From the sequence record OZ346212.1: a DNA stretch of 64,000 nt; one strand, given 5' to 3'. This document shows positions 35,945-44,583 of this stretch, in pieces. The notes beneath the pieces are model-generated. The model had not been told where the DNA came from and did not search any database. It saw only the letters and a list, made by a program, of their open reading frames with translations. Made by a program: the position numbers and the translations under genes. How positions within the stretch are numbered: position 1 is the stretch's first letter; each line of letters starts with the position of its first letter. Source of the DNA: a phage.

Positions 35945-36786
35945 AAATAACATTGTGGCTTCGTGCAGTGATGCACGTCGAAAACCTCTTTAATTGACGG
36001 GAAGGCTAAGTTGACTTTTACACCTAAACATGGTAAAAGCTCAATATGCTAATCCGCAGCGAAGACTAAAGGGGTGTAGTTAAAATGGCTAGATCAGTTG
36101 AGTATCACGGATATACCGTGTTTGATGATGGAACAATACCTTTATCGAAACGTGATCATACAACAATGTTTTGTTTTGATAATGGTCGAGGTTACCTTTG
36201 CGTAACCATGTTCATCGAGGGGAAGCAGTGCACAAAAGGTGTCCACCACTTGGTTGCTGAATGCTTTGTATCAAACCCTGATCCTGAAAGGCTCACATGG
36301 GTGAACCATAAGGACGGAAACAAATACAACAATGCATACTGGAACCTTGAATGGACCACCCCTGGTGGAAATATCAAACACGCTTATGATAATGACCTCA
36401 GAGTAAGGCCAGTCGGTGAGTATAATGCCAACGCTGTACTGACCGAGGATGAGGTAACGGAGATTTGCGAACTGTTACAAAGTGGTTTACGACAATGCGA
36501 GATTAGGGATCTTGGGTATCCTTATGAGACGGTCAGAGCCATAAAGCAAAGAAGACAGTGGAAACATATCTCTAAAAACTACACCTGGTAGTAACGTTCA
36601 GAGACTATCGAAAGCATAGCGCCAACATAAATTGGTGCGAAGAAGCGAGTAGAGTAGACCAGCAAGTGCGGTCGAAATGGGAGGTGCCTTGGTAACAAGG
36701 TAGTGAGATAGTCCGATCCATACAGGAAACTGTATGGCTGTGCACGTAATGGTGCGGGGTAGCTTAACGACCTACCTGAACTATTG
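35945..36786 (+). ncRNA. group I self-splicing intron (842 nt) interrupting the DNA polymerase gene
   Basis: Core elements P aattgacgggaagg (35992), Q aatccgcagcgaag (36051), R gttcagagactatcg (36596), S gagatagtccgatcc (36705); exon ends in U pairing with intron GUGG; intron ends in G; removal restores RIIYYH-DEYQLQV (motif C). Confidence 0.75.
36085..36591 (+). CDS. HNH homing endonuclease encoded within the intron (168 aa)
   Basis: HNH_3-like motif VHHLVAECF...VNHKDGNKYNNAYWNLEWTT; lies between Q and R elements (P6-loop position). Confidence 0.8.
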   Translation: MARSVEYHGYTVFDDGTIPLSKRDHTTMFCFDNGRGYLCVTMFIEGKQCTKGVHHLVAECFVSNPDPERLTWVNHKDGNKYNNAYWNLEWTTPGGNIKHAYDNDLRVRPVGEYNANAVLTEDEVTEICELLQSGLRQCEIRDLGYPYETVRAIKQRRQWKHISKNYTW

Positions 36787-37140
36787 GATGAGTACCAACT
36801 TCAAGTCCCTGACACACCGAAGTATAAGACTGTGTACACCTTCGACACAATCGAAGAACTGGAAGCATTTAAGGCAGAGCAGGAGGCCAAACTTCATGTG
36901 TTCGACGGTCATAAGTACAAAAAGGCACGCAAGGATGAGGACGGAAACGAAGTGGTTGACAGAGACGGAAACACGGTGTACGATCCTATCCTGAACGATG
37001 ACGGAAAGCTTGAACTTATCTGGAGCCCTGTGGGTGAAATGGTGGTGCATTGCTTCTGGCAAGCTTCTAAAATGATGGGCGTCCCGTTCCAGATCACGGG
37101 TGAATACCTGTGTGGTCGTAATTGGGGTGATTGTCACTAA
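36787..37140 (+). CDS. DNA polymerase, family A, exon 2 (motif C to C-terminus)
   Basis: Begins DEYQLQV in frame with exon 1; no plausible independent start or RBS. Confidence 0.7.
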   Translation, partial: DEYQLQVPDTPKYKTVYTFDTIEELEAFKAEQEAKLHVFDGHKYKKARKDEDGNEVVDRDGNTVYDPILNDDGKLELIWSPVGEMVVHCFWQASKMMGVPFQITGEYLCGRNWGDCH

Positions 37141-37189
37141 TGTAAACTATCAACACATGGAAGTGTTGTTGAGCAAAGAGGAGACTTTT

Positions 37190-37474
37190 ATGGTAGTAGA
37201 ACCAACAAAAACATTTACATCCATGACTATCCCTGTTATTATGCAGGTGGAGTGTGTTCAGGTATCTCAAGTGTGGCCTGGCACCAAAATCCCGACAGGG
37301 CCTGATTTCTTTCAGGTTGGCAAAGTGTACAATGTCTGGAAGGCACCAGATTGTTACCCTTTCATCAAAGATGACCGTGGGATGCTGTGGTATCTTGGAA
37401 ATGATTTGACACTGCACCTTGGGAATGCTATTATTGCAGTATTCAGACTTAACAAGAAGGAGACTGATCAATGA
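37190..37474 (+). CDS. small protein of the KDDxGxxW family (94 aa)
   Basis: ATG 37190 with SD AAAGAGGAGA; motif FIKDDRGMLWYL shared with the next two genes. Confidence 0.55.
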   Translation: MVVEPTKTFTSMTIPVIMQVECVQVSQVWPGTKIPTGPDFFQVGKVYNVWKAPDCYPFIKDDRGMLWYLGNDLTLHLGNAIIAVFRLNKKETDQ

Positions 37475-37698
37475 CGACTTTGGTTAAAGCTACCTTTGTA
37501 GAAGAAAAGATGACAGACCTGTCATTCTTTAAAGAAGGAAAGACCTACGAGGTTTATTACGATAAAGCTCGTGCAAATAAAATGATTAAAGACGAGGAAG
37601 GGGTTGCCTGGTTTATCTCCCATCTGGCAAACGGTGAGTATCATATCTACGGAACCACCCTGCTTGCCAAGTTTGTAGCTGTTGAAGAGGACCTATGA
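37471..37698 (+). CDS. small protein of the KDDxGxxW family (75 aa)
   Basis: SD AAGGAGA; motif MIKDEEGVAWFI. Confidence 0.6.
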   Translation: MTTLVKATFVEEKMTDLSFFKEGKTYEVYYDKARANKMIKDEEGVAWFISHLANGEYHIYGTTLLAKFVAVEEDL

Positions 37699-37889
37699 AA
37701 GTAAAGTATCTGGCTGAGGGTATGAGTAGGTATTTCACCCTTGGTGAAGAATATTGGCCATTTACAAGCAACGGCGATGTCTACGTGAAAGATAATTTCG
37801 GCACGCCATGGTTTTTGCACCCTAACGGGTTAGGGTATTCTATTTATCGCAGTGCAATGAGCGACACAACCCTTGCAGAGTTTGTATAG
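37695..37889 (+). CDS. small protein of the KDDxGxxW family (64 aa)
   Basis: SD-like GAAGAGG; motif YVKDNFGTPWFL. Confidence 0.6.
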   Translation: MKVKYLAEGMSRYFTLGEEYWPFTSNGDVYVKDNFGTPWFLHPNGLGYSIYRSAMSDTTLAEFV

Positions 37890-37899
37890 AGGAGGTAGA

Positions 37900-38271
37900 A
37901 TGTTAGTAAAAGGTACTCACACAGTCAAACAACGTATCGAAGTTGAGATCGATGACTGCGAGCTGAAGCATATTTTACGGTCATGTTCCAACGTTTTGCT
38001 CCTTAGTATTCTCCAGGAGCGAGCGGAGAACGAGTTCTTAAATGCACTGGCAGGCCGCCCTGGTGATTTCTGTGTGCGTAAGCGTGGTGACAACAAGTCA
38101 TGGCTGTGGGAGATAGACGCAGAATGGGATTACCATAAAAATGAGGGTATAGATGAACCTATTCGTGAATTGACGGACAACGAGGTTCAGATGTACAATG
38201 AAGTTTGTCAGTGGGCAAAAAGTCAACAAACTTATCTTGATCCTTGGTGGATGATCGAAAATAGTCGTTGA
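37900..38271 (+). CDS. hypothetical protein (123 aa)
   Basis: ATG 37900 with SD GAGGAGG preferred over upstream track start 37873. Confidence 0.6.
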   Translation: MLVKGTHTVKQRIEVEIDDCELKHILRSCSNVLLLSILQERAENEFLNALAGRPGDFCVRKRGDNKSWLWEIDAEWDYHKNEGIDEPIRELTDNEVQMYNEVCQWAKSQQTYLDPWWMIENSR

Positions 38272-38347
38272 CAGGAAGTAAGATTAGATATAAGATGCTT
38301 CACACAAACAGAGCGTTGATTGTTTAACACTTAAGGAGACCGCTAAG

Positions 38348-38602
38348 ATGAAAATTACTCTGAAGCCAGAATGCGTTGAAAATGACCGAGCTTTTAAAGA
38401 TTGCACAATCGGTGCAATTTATGAAGCAGAGTTTTGTGAGAACCCTTTGGTAAAAGCCCTTCTGGAAGAAGGAGCTCCTCTATCACAGGAAGAGCTTGAT
38501 GAGTTGGAAAACTCAGCACAGTGCCTTACCTTTAAAGATGATGAAGGAGACTCTGTCTGGTGCACTGTTAATGAAGTAGTTTTTGTAAAACCTGAACATT
38601 AA
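38348..38602 (+). CDS. small protein, paralog pair member (84 aa)
   Basis: SD AAGGAGA; KPECVENDRAFKDCT...TFKDDEGDSVWCT aligns with 38666..38938. Confidence 0.6.
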   Translation: MKITLKPECVENDRAFKDCTIGAIYEAEFCENPLVKALLEEGAPLSQEELDELENSAQCLTFKDDEGDSVWCTVNEVVFVKPEH

Positions 38603-38605
38603 TGC

Positions 38606-38634
38606 TTGACAACAGTCATAGGGCCTACTATAAT
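38606..38634 (+). promoter_or_regulatory. consensus sigma70 promoter (TTGACA-N17-TATAAT) with inverted repeat AGGGCC/GGCCCT flanking the -10
   Basis: Perfect hexamers at 38606 and 38629. Confidence 0.7.
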
Positions 38635-38665
38635 GGCCCTATCAAAACGAAAGGGGACCACAGCA

Positions 38666-38938
38666 ATGACCAAACAATATCAACGAATTAAAGCCAAGGT
38701 TAAGCCAGACTATCTGGAGAAGGACTCTGCTTTTCGGGACTGCACAGCTGACAAAGTTTACACAGGGGCCGTCCTGTTGAACGATGAACTTGAAGTAGAT
38801 ATTCTGGGTAAAGAGGCCACTATTAAGGACGACCAAGGCGATTATGTTTGCTGCACCACACGTGAGCTAGAAATCTTAGAATACTTCGGTGAAATCTTCA
38901 CCTCTCTTGATGATTACTTAGATGATGAGGAAGCGTGA
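38666..38938 (+). CDS. small protein, paralog pair member (90 aa)
   Basis: Start moved to ATG 38666 because track start 38606 lies inside the promoter; KPDYLEKDSAFRDCT...TIKDDQGDYVCCT. Confidence 0.6.
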   Translation: MTKQYQRIKAKVKPDYLEKDSAFRDCTADKVYTGAVLLNDELEVDILGKEATIKDDQGDYVCCTTRELEILEYFGEIFTSLDDYLDDEEA

Positions 38939-39327
38939 TGAAAAATATTTGGGATATCGATATCTTTGAAGCCTCTAAGCTTGATGGTGCTGATGGAGTG
39001 ATTATGGTGTCTGATGGCAAAGCAACACTAACTTCCGGAGATATCATCTATGCCTTGGACGAGCTGGCGCTTCTGAAATCTACCGGTAACACTTTAGAGG
39101 AGCGTCTTCAAGGCTTCGCCTTCAAAGAAGGCACAAATACCGCCATGATGTGCACCACACGGACAGTTCAAGTTGGTAACGGTGTCTATATGATCATTGC
39201 TGTGTGTCCTAAATTCAGCAACGTCAACAAAGATGATGCTGACGCTGTCAACGATGTGGTTGTTCTCTTCGTGGGTGACGCTATGGCAGATCTGATGAAT
39301 GCAGGAGAAGCAGCAAATGAAGACTGA
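38935..39327 (+). CDS. hypothetical protein (130 aa)
   Basis: SD GAGGAAG, start overlaps upstream stop. Confidence 0.6.
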   Translation: MMKNIWDIDIFEASKLDGADGVIMVSDGKATLTSGDIIYALDELALLKSTGNTLEERLQGFAFKEGTNTAMMCTTRTVQVGNGVYMIIAVCPKFSNVNKDDADAVNDVVVLFVGDAMADLMNAGEAANED

Positions 39328-39619
39328 AAACATCACCCCCGCAGGGTTCTTAAAAGTATACCGTGAACTGCTATATACTACAGAGGACAGTGTTCTAGAG
39401 TATCCAGAATATCTTTTGCTGTATAAGTATCTGCAGGAGGCTGGTGAAAATCTGCCAGTTAGTGCAGAAGGTGGTCCGAACTGGATATACAGCGCATGGA
39501 GAAAGGTTGACATTCTCCCAGATCCGGGTAAAGATATGGTAGTTTGGCAGCTTATCAACAACATCGGGATTCCAATCTTTGATGAAGCTGTTAAAATCTA
39601 TTTTGAACTTGACGATTAA
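39317..39619 (+). CDS. hypothetical protein (100 aa)
   Basis: ATG 39317 with SD AGGAGAAG; overlaps end of upstream gene. Confidence 0.5.
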   Translation: MKTENITPAGFLKVYRELLYTTEDSVLEYPEYLLLYKYLQEAGENLPVSAEGGPNWIYSAWRKVDILPDPGKDMVVWQLINNIGIPIFDEAVKIYFELDD

Positions 39620-39636
39620 TATCAGGAGACCTTAAG

Positions 39637-39882
39637 ATGGCTGAAGTAGTTGCTCGCGCAGGACAGAAAGTACGTTGTGTGGAAGTAGGTTTTGGTGGCA
39701 AAGGGTGTCAAAACTTGACTCAAGGTAAGGAATACGCTGTTATTTCTGGTGGTGGCGACGAGAGTATTGTGTTCGAGGGCCACATCCTGGATGCTGAAAA
39801 CTTTGAAATCTTTGACGACGATGGAGATCCGATCACCTGCCTGCTGGACGGGAATTGGGGAACTTTCGAAGTGATTGGCTAA
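39637..39882 (+). CDS. hypothetical Gly-rich small protein (81 aa)
   Basis: SD AGGAGAC upstream. Confidence 0.6.
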   Translation: MAEVVARAGQKVRCVEVGFGGKGCQNLTQGKEYAVISGGGDESIVFEGHILDAENFEIFDDDGDPITCLLDGNWGTFEVIG

Positions 39883-39965
39883 CAAATACCTATTGTAATT
39901 TACAGAAGGGGATGCTAAAATAGTGTCTCCTTCTATGTTGTTCAAATAAAATCGGAGATTCCATA

Positions 39966-40331
39966 ATGGAACAAATGAACGATCAAGCGTCGGTTGCGAT
40001 GAACGAGCAAGAACAACCTCAAGAATTTTTCTTAGGGTTAAGTAAAGATCAAGTGTCTCTTCTGCTAGTGCTTTCTTCTTTCATGGGAAGACTTCAGGAG
40101 CTCACACAACAGCCAGAGGCTGAACAATTATTCCAAGCTTTGCGTGAAGAAGAAAAATATCGTCGTTTGGACTATGCCTTAGGTTGGGTAGCTCAACAAC
40201 GAGATATGCTGATGGCCCTCTCTGGGACCACAAGTTTTGCAATGGGGCTGTTGGCTCAAGTTCAGGACAAATTAATTCAAGCAGGGTTTGCACACACGGC
40301 AAACACTAACGAAGAACAAGGAGACAAATAA
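39966..40331 (+). CDS. hypothetical protein (121 aa)
   Basis: SD GGAGA upstream; start of next gene overlaps stop. Confidence 0.6.
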   Translation: MEQMNDQASVAMNEQEQPQEFFLGLSKDQVSLLLVLSSFMGRLQELTQQPEAEQLFQALREEEKYRRLDYALGWVAQQRDMLMALSGTTSFAMGLLAQVQDKLIQAGFAHTANTNEEQGDK

Positions 40332-41557
40332 TGAGCGTTATTCAACAATTCGCTAACCCGATGAATCCGCGTGAAACTGTTTTACTGGCTCACGGCATGA
40401 TTAAACGTGTCAGCATCAAGCCTATCAAAGGTGCTGATCCTACAACAGGTATTAAAACCACTGTGTGGCAAGGTAAGAAAATTGAATCCAGCCACACCAT
40501 CTCTTTACTGATTTCTGAACTGGATTCCTCTGATAACCTGCTTCAAGGTGGTGAAGAAGTTTGGATCAGCATGGGTGATAAGCTGCTTAAACCTGGTCAT
40601 CAAGACTCTGTCTCTGTTAAAATTGATGACAAGTGGGAAACCGTAACGCCGGGATGGATCGTAAATATTCCTTTGAAGGCAAACGAGCATAACGGTAAGA
40701 CCTATTACAAAGGCTCACTGGCTAAGATGGTCAAGCTGGGTGCAGGAGAGGCTCCAGCAGCGACTCAGCAGCAAAAACAGCAACAAGGTGCACAATCACA
40801 AGGCCAGAAGCAGAAACCTCAGCAGAATGCCAATCAGGACGTTTTACGCATCTATGGTGATGTGACTCAGATTGTTGGCAACGTGGTTACTGTTAATGAC
40901 CACAAGATTGGCGAAGGTGCTATGGTTGTAACTGATGAGCAGCTTAAAGACCTGGTGGTAGGTGGTCGTGTTGCAGCCATTGTTGACAAAGACACCGGAA
41001 ACATTATCAGTGGTTTCAAGGCCTATCCTCCTAAGGCAGAGAACGGCACTCAAGGCTCTGGTGGCAAGCGTAAATCCTCTTACGACCCTATCGGTGTGGA
41101 AACGGGGCATAGCATCAATGCGTTGCAGATCATCCTGGATCGCGGGTTTAAGGTAGACGACCCACTGGGCGTGGCTAAAACACTGCACGTAGTCACCATT
41201 GAGCTTAAGAAAGAGTATGCTCAAGCCACCAACCGAGCTGAAGATGAAGTAGGTGCCAGTGTCGGTAATGCGGTGTTGAACGCTTGTCGCCGTATTGACA
41301 AGAAAACGAAAGTTGATGATTTTGCAGTGGCAATTACTGCAGAAGCAAAAGATGTCTTGACTAATCTAGCTGAGCCGTTGTACGATTGGATCAAGAACGG
41401 TGCTGAGTCCACTGACCATCAAGAACCTCAGGCTGCCAAACAGGAAGCAGCTCCACAGCAAAACACTGTAGACGCTCCTCCTGTAAATGATGCGGAAGAT
41501 GACCCAATGGATCAGAATCCAGCACAGTACGTCTTTGATGATGACATCCCATTTTAA
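40331..41557 (+). CDS. ssb: single-stranded DNA-binding protein with host-like acidic C-terminal tip (408 aa)
   Basis: C-terminus ...VFDDDIPF ends in the hexapeptide DDDIPF of E. coli SSB; Gln/Gly-rich linker precedes it; located in replication module. Confidence 0.65.
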   Translation: MSVIQQFANPMNPRETVLLAHGMIKRVSIKPIKGADPTTGIKTTVWQGKKIESSHTISLLISELDSSDNLLQGGEEVWISMGDKLLKPGHQDSVSVKIDDKWETVTPGWIVNIPLKANEHNGKTYYKGSLAKMVKLGAGEAPAATQQQKQQQGAQSQGQKQKPQQNANQDVLRIYGDVTQIVGNVVTVNDHKIGEGAMVVTDEQLKDLVVGGRVAAIVDKDTGNIISGFKAYPPKAENGTQGSGGKRKSSYDPIGVETGHSINALQIILDRGFKVDDPLGVAKTLHVVTIELKKEYAQATNRAEDEVGASVGNAVLNACRRIDKKTKVDDFAVAITAEAKDVLTNLAEPLYDWIKNGAESTDHQEPQAAKQEAAPQQNTVDAPPVNDAEDDPMDQNPAQYVFDDDIPF

Positions 41558-41572
41558 CATTTAGTTAACATA

Positions 41573-41600
41573 GCCCTGCCAGAAAGGGTGGGGTATTTTT
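41573..41600 (+). terminator. rho-independent terminator
   Basis: GCCCTGCC-agaaa-GGGTGGGG followed by TATTTTTGT. Confidence 0.65.
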
Positions 41601-41619
41601 GTATAAGGAGATCTAAAAA

Positions 41620-42036
41620 ATGACATTAGAAGATATCATTGTTAAACCTGAGAACTATGACCAATACAACCTGTCAACTCAATCTGTAGACCTTGGATGC
41701 GCCACGGTCAGTGCGTGGCTGGTTAACGGAAAAGAGCTGGATAAATGCTTAGAAGCTCACATGTCTATTAACAAGTTTCTGGATGAAAATACTCACTGGC
41801 TTGAGGGTGCAGGAGTATATGCTTCATGGTTGGAAAGTATGGGATTCGACTACCAATCTGAAGAAGGGTGGTGGAGCTATTTAGCTATCTGCCCAGAGAC
41901 GCTGCAATGCTTCATGAAATATTCTGAAGATTTGGAGTACCGGGCGGTGGTTGATAGTGCTATTGCCCGTTATAGCCGTAAACCTTTTTCCCACGACATT
42001 AAAACTGTGGAAGAGTTTGTTGAAGTTTTCTGTTGA
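41620..42036 (+). CDS. hypothetical protein (138 aa)
   Basis: SD AAGGAGA upstream. Confidence 0.6.
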   Translation: MTLEDIIVKPENYDQYNLSTQSVDLGCATVSAWLVNGKELDKCLEAHMSINKFLDENTHWLEGAGVYASWLESMGFDYQSEEGWWSYLAICPETLQCFMKYSEDLEYRAVVDSAIARYSRKPFSHDIKTVEEFVEVFC

Positions 42037-42132
42037 CACAGGTGGAAAGGTGTGCAATTATAACTTCATAGAACGGGAGGACGTGATGAACGAAGAAAAC
42101 TGGGATGTATAACTAACAGGAGGCCACTGCCC

Positions 42133-42330
42133 ATGATTTATCGAATCCGTGTAAGAGAAGATGCACCAGGCTGTTACTTTGACTGGCGTGGGTGGTGGTT
42201 TCTCCACCCAATGGATGGACTCACAGATAGAATGCTGGATGCTGCCCTTTATACAGATACCGACATAGAATATAATCTCTATCTGAAGGACGGTATAGAT
42301 AACGGCCTGTTTGAAGCAATTCCTGTGTAA
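42133..42330 (+). CDS. hypothetical small protein (65 aa)
   Basis: SD AGGAGG upstream. Confidence 0.55.
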   Translation: MIYRIRVREDAPGCYFDWRGWWFLHPMDGLTDRMLDAALYTDTDIEYNLYLKDGIDNGLFEAIPV

Positions 42331-42398
42331 GAGACTGTAATAGCTATGTTTTATGATCTTCCTGTAGCACCACCACCTGTTGAACCCGGAGAACTAAG

Positions 42399-42824
42399 AT
42401 GATCTATGAAATGCCAAAACTGATTCGTGACGATGCCCAAAACGCCCACACCTTTATCATGGGCAAGCGCATGGATATTATTTGTCATAAAGATTTCTGG
42501 GAAGGTAGTTACTTCACAGAATATTTTGGTAAACTGGATAATGGTCTGCTGATCCAGTTCTACACCGATGCGGAAAACAATATCTGCTGGGAGTTCGAAA
42601 CTGAAGATATCCATAAACTTTTCACCTTCCTAGGTATTAAGGTTGAGGCCAAGTTTGAAGAAGGCGAGTGCGACGATTGTGGATTCTACGAGGTAACAGA
42701 TTTCTATCTCCCAAGTGGTGAGAACCTTTACTATGAAAGCCACTTCGGCAACTCAAATATGCCACAAGGTTGGGATGAGTTTTTTGAAATTGCGGAAGAG
42801 GAGCTGACATACCGTGATTATTGA
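42399..42824 (+). CDS. hypothetical protein (141 aa)
   Basis: SD GGAGAA upstream. Confidence 0.6.
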   Translation: MIYEMPKLIRDDAQNAHTFIMGKRMDIICHKDFWEGSYFTEYFGKLDNGLLIQFYTDAENNICWEFETEDIHKLFTFLGIKVEAKFEEGECDDCGFYEVTDFYLPSGENLYYESHFGNSNMPQGWDEFFEIAEEELTYRDY

Positions 42825-43272
42825 TACTGTAGCGGGAGATTTAATCTCCCTTTTTAAGAGCGGTGCTGGTCACCTGATCCACGGTTGTAACTGCTTTCAT
42901 ACAATGGGTGCAGGCATAGCGAAAGATATTGCCCGTGAGTTCCCTCAAGCACTGGCAGCCGACAAAGAGACTGCCTATGGTAATCTGGACAAGCTGGGTA
43001 TGTTTTCTTGTTGGGAGCATTTTGCCAAGAACAGGGTCGTATATGGAATCAACCTGTATACCCAGTTCTACCCAGGGCCCAATGCTGAATACTTCTCAAT
43101 AATGAAAGGTTTTGAGCGAGTCAACGAGGTATTCAAAGGTGTGTCATTGCCGTTCTACATTCCTAAAATTGGATGCGGTATTGGCGGTCTAAAGTGGGAA
43201 CATGTAGAAGATGTAATTAATCTTGCAACCACAGATATTGATGTGGTTGTAGTAGAGTACAAAAAGTGTTGA
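42814..43272 (+). CDS. macro-domain (ADP-ribose-binding/processing) protein (152 aa, GTG start)
   Basis: Macro-domain pattern: ...GDLISLF...AGHLIHGCNCFHTMGAGIAKDI (matches VNAAN...GGGV..AI region) and ...LPFYIPKIGCGIGGL (matches the FP.I.TG..G region). Confidence 0.65.
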   Translation: MIIDTVAGDLISLFKSGAGHLIHGCNCFHTMGAGIAKDIAREFPQALAADKETAYGNLDKLGMFSCWEHFAKNRVVYGINLYTQFYPGPNAEYFSIMKGFERVNEVFKGVSLPFYIPKIGCGIGGLKWEHVEDVINLATTDIDVVVVEYKKC

Positions 43273-43297
43273 CGACCATCTTCTGAGGTGATATAGT
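43269..43297 (+). promoter_or_regulatory. sigma70-like promoter (TTGACG-N17-TATAGT)
   Basis: Hexamers at 43269 and 43292. Confidence 0.6.
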
Positions 43298-43523
43298 TTC
43301 CACAACAACTAAGAGAGGAGAGCACTGTGGAGACTAAAATCTTAATTCTTGCTGTGGTAGATACAACCGAAGGAGCTATATTCGAATCTGCAGGGGGGTA
43401 TTTCTACCTACCATACGGAAAAAGAACTTCCGAGCCAAGTAAAGATTCAATCCTCAAGGTGTTCCCGTGTGCTTTCTGGCTGGAGATTTTGGTATAAGAT
43501 TGCAGAGGATTTGGGAGAGAATT

Positions 43524-43718
43524 ATGAGAAACAAGAAAGAGCTTTACTCTGGTGAGTGGATCAACGATCAACAGGTGGGAGAGGTAACCTGCTTCCGATG
43601 TTTTACCAGGTACAATCTTAAAACTGCACCAAAAAGTGTTCCAAAGACTGACGGTTATTACATAAAAGAACCTCATTGCCCAAAATGTAAATGCCGATTA
43701 TACTGGAGTAACCTGTAA
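43524..43718 (+). CDS. small zinc-ribbon protein (64 aa)
   Basis: ATG 43524 with SD GGGAGAGA; CFRCF...CPKCKC cysteine pairs. Confidence 0.55.
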   Translation: MRNKKELYSGEWINDQQVGEVTCFRCFTRYNLKTAPKSVPKTDGYYIKEPHCPKCKCRLYWSNL

Positions 43719-43722
43719 AAGA

Positions 43723-43750
43723 TTGACATCTGAAAACTGCAGTGTATAAT
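43723..43750 (+). promoter_or_regulatory. consensus sigma70 promoter (TTGACA-N16-TATAAT)
   Basis: Hexamers at 43723 and 43745. Confidence 0.7.
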
Positions 43751-43781
43751 ATATGCATAAACTAACAGAGAGTGATGTATT

Positions 43782-43973
43782 ATGGTAATTTTTAACCGGG
43801 ATGGTATCATAGTTAGACAGCACCCGTTCCTTGAATACTATCAAATTGAGCAATGGTGCTACGGGGATTGCAGTCACTCCTATGGGCAAAGTTGGGGATA
43901 TCGTACAGTTTTTGAATCCACAGACCTTGACAAAGTAAAACAGAAAGTTTTAGAACTTCTTAACAACAAGTGA
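43782..43973 (+). CDS. hypothetical small protein (63 aa)
   Basis: ORF downstream of promoter 43723. Confidence 0.55.
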   Translation: MVIFNRDGIIVRQHPFLEYYQIEQWCYGDCSHSYGQSWGYRTVFESTDLDKVKQKVLELLNNK

Positions 43974-43983
43974 GTATCGTGCC

Positions 43984-44316
43984 ATGGTAACATTGGAAAG
44001 ACGTAAAGCTATTGCCGCCACACTGGCAGACATCTTTTGGGATTGTAATTTAAAATCTACCCGAAATTGTGGTGCATCTGTAGATGTATTATTCCCACGG
44101 CCTACTATTGTTGCAATGGGCAACCTGCTCGATGTGGTATATGGAGCATGGGACAAGGAAGGTGGATTCTATATCTGGCAACCTGACTACGGGACTTGGA
44201 AAGAGGTTAGTGGTTCTTCGGACTTCACTCCTGCAGTGGCTAAAATGGATGGCTGGAAAATCTATGTCGGTAACGACATGGAACTGAAAGGCGAAATTGT
44301 TTACTGGTTACCTTAA
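43984..44316 (+). CDS. hypothetical protein (110 aa)
   Basis: ORF in + strand early operon. Confidence 0.55.
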   Translation: MVTLERRKAIAATLADIFWDCNLKSTRNCGASVDVLFPRPTIVAMGNLLDVVYGAWDKEGGFYIWQPDYGTWKEVSGSSDFTPAVAKMDGWKIYVGNDMELKGEIVYWLP

Positions 44317-44337
44317 GAAAGTCCAGGAGATAAAGTT

Positions 44338-44583
44338 ATGAACAAAGGGTGGACATTTGTAGACGGCGTTAAAAACATGCCTCTAGGAAAGTATATTGTA
44401 GCCATGGCAGATGAGAATGGCAAGGTTGATTTCGGAGTTTGCGAGGTTGTTCTTGCAGGATCTGGTGACTATGCTCACAAAACTGGGATAATTAACGGTC
44501 ATTTCTACTTTGATTACAACCCTGTTGTGGCGTATATGGCTATGCCAGAGTTCGAGCTCCCAAAGGAAGGTGCAGATGTTTAA
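44338..44583 (+). CDS. hypothetical protein (81 aa)
   Basis: SD AGGAGA upstream. Confidence 0.6.
   Translation: MNKGWTFVDGVKNMPLGKYIVAMADENGKVDFGVCEVVLAGSGDYAHKTGIINGHFYFDYNPVVAYMAMPEFELPKEGADV

Noticed and set aside
36734-37471. Track ORFs 36734..36994 (+), 36781..37137 (-), 36909..37097 (-) and 37094..37471 (-) around the intron/exon-2 junction
   Set aside because: They overlap the intron 3' core and polymerase exon 2, or are antisense to the 37190..37474 gene; they lack RBS and conflict with the motif C reading frame.
38606-38665. Track start of ORF 38606..38938
   Set aside because: The first 60 nt contain a perfect TTGACA-N17-TATAAT promoter, so translation cannot start there; start moved to ATG 38666.
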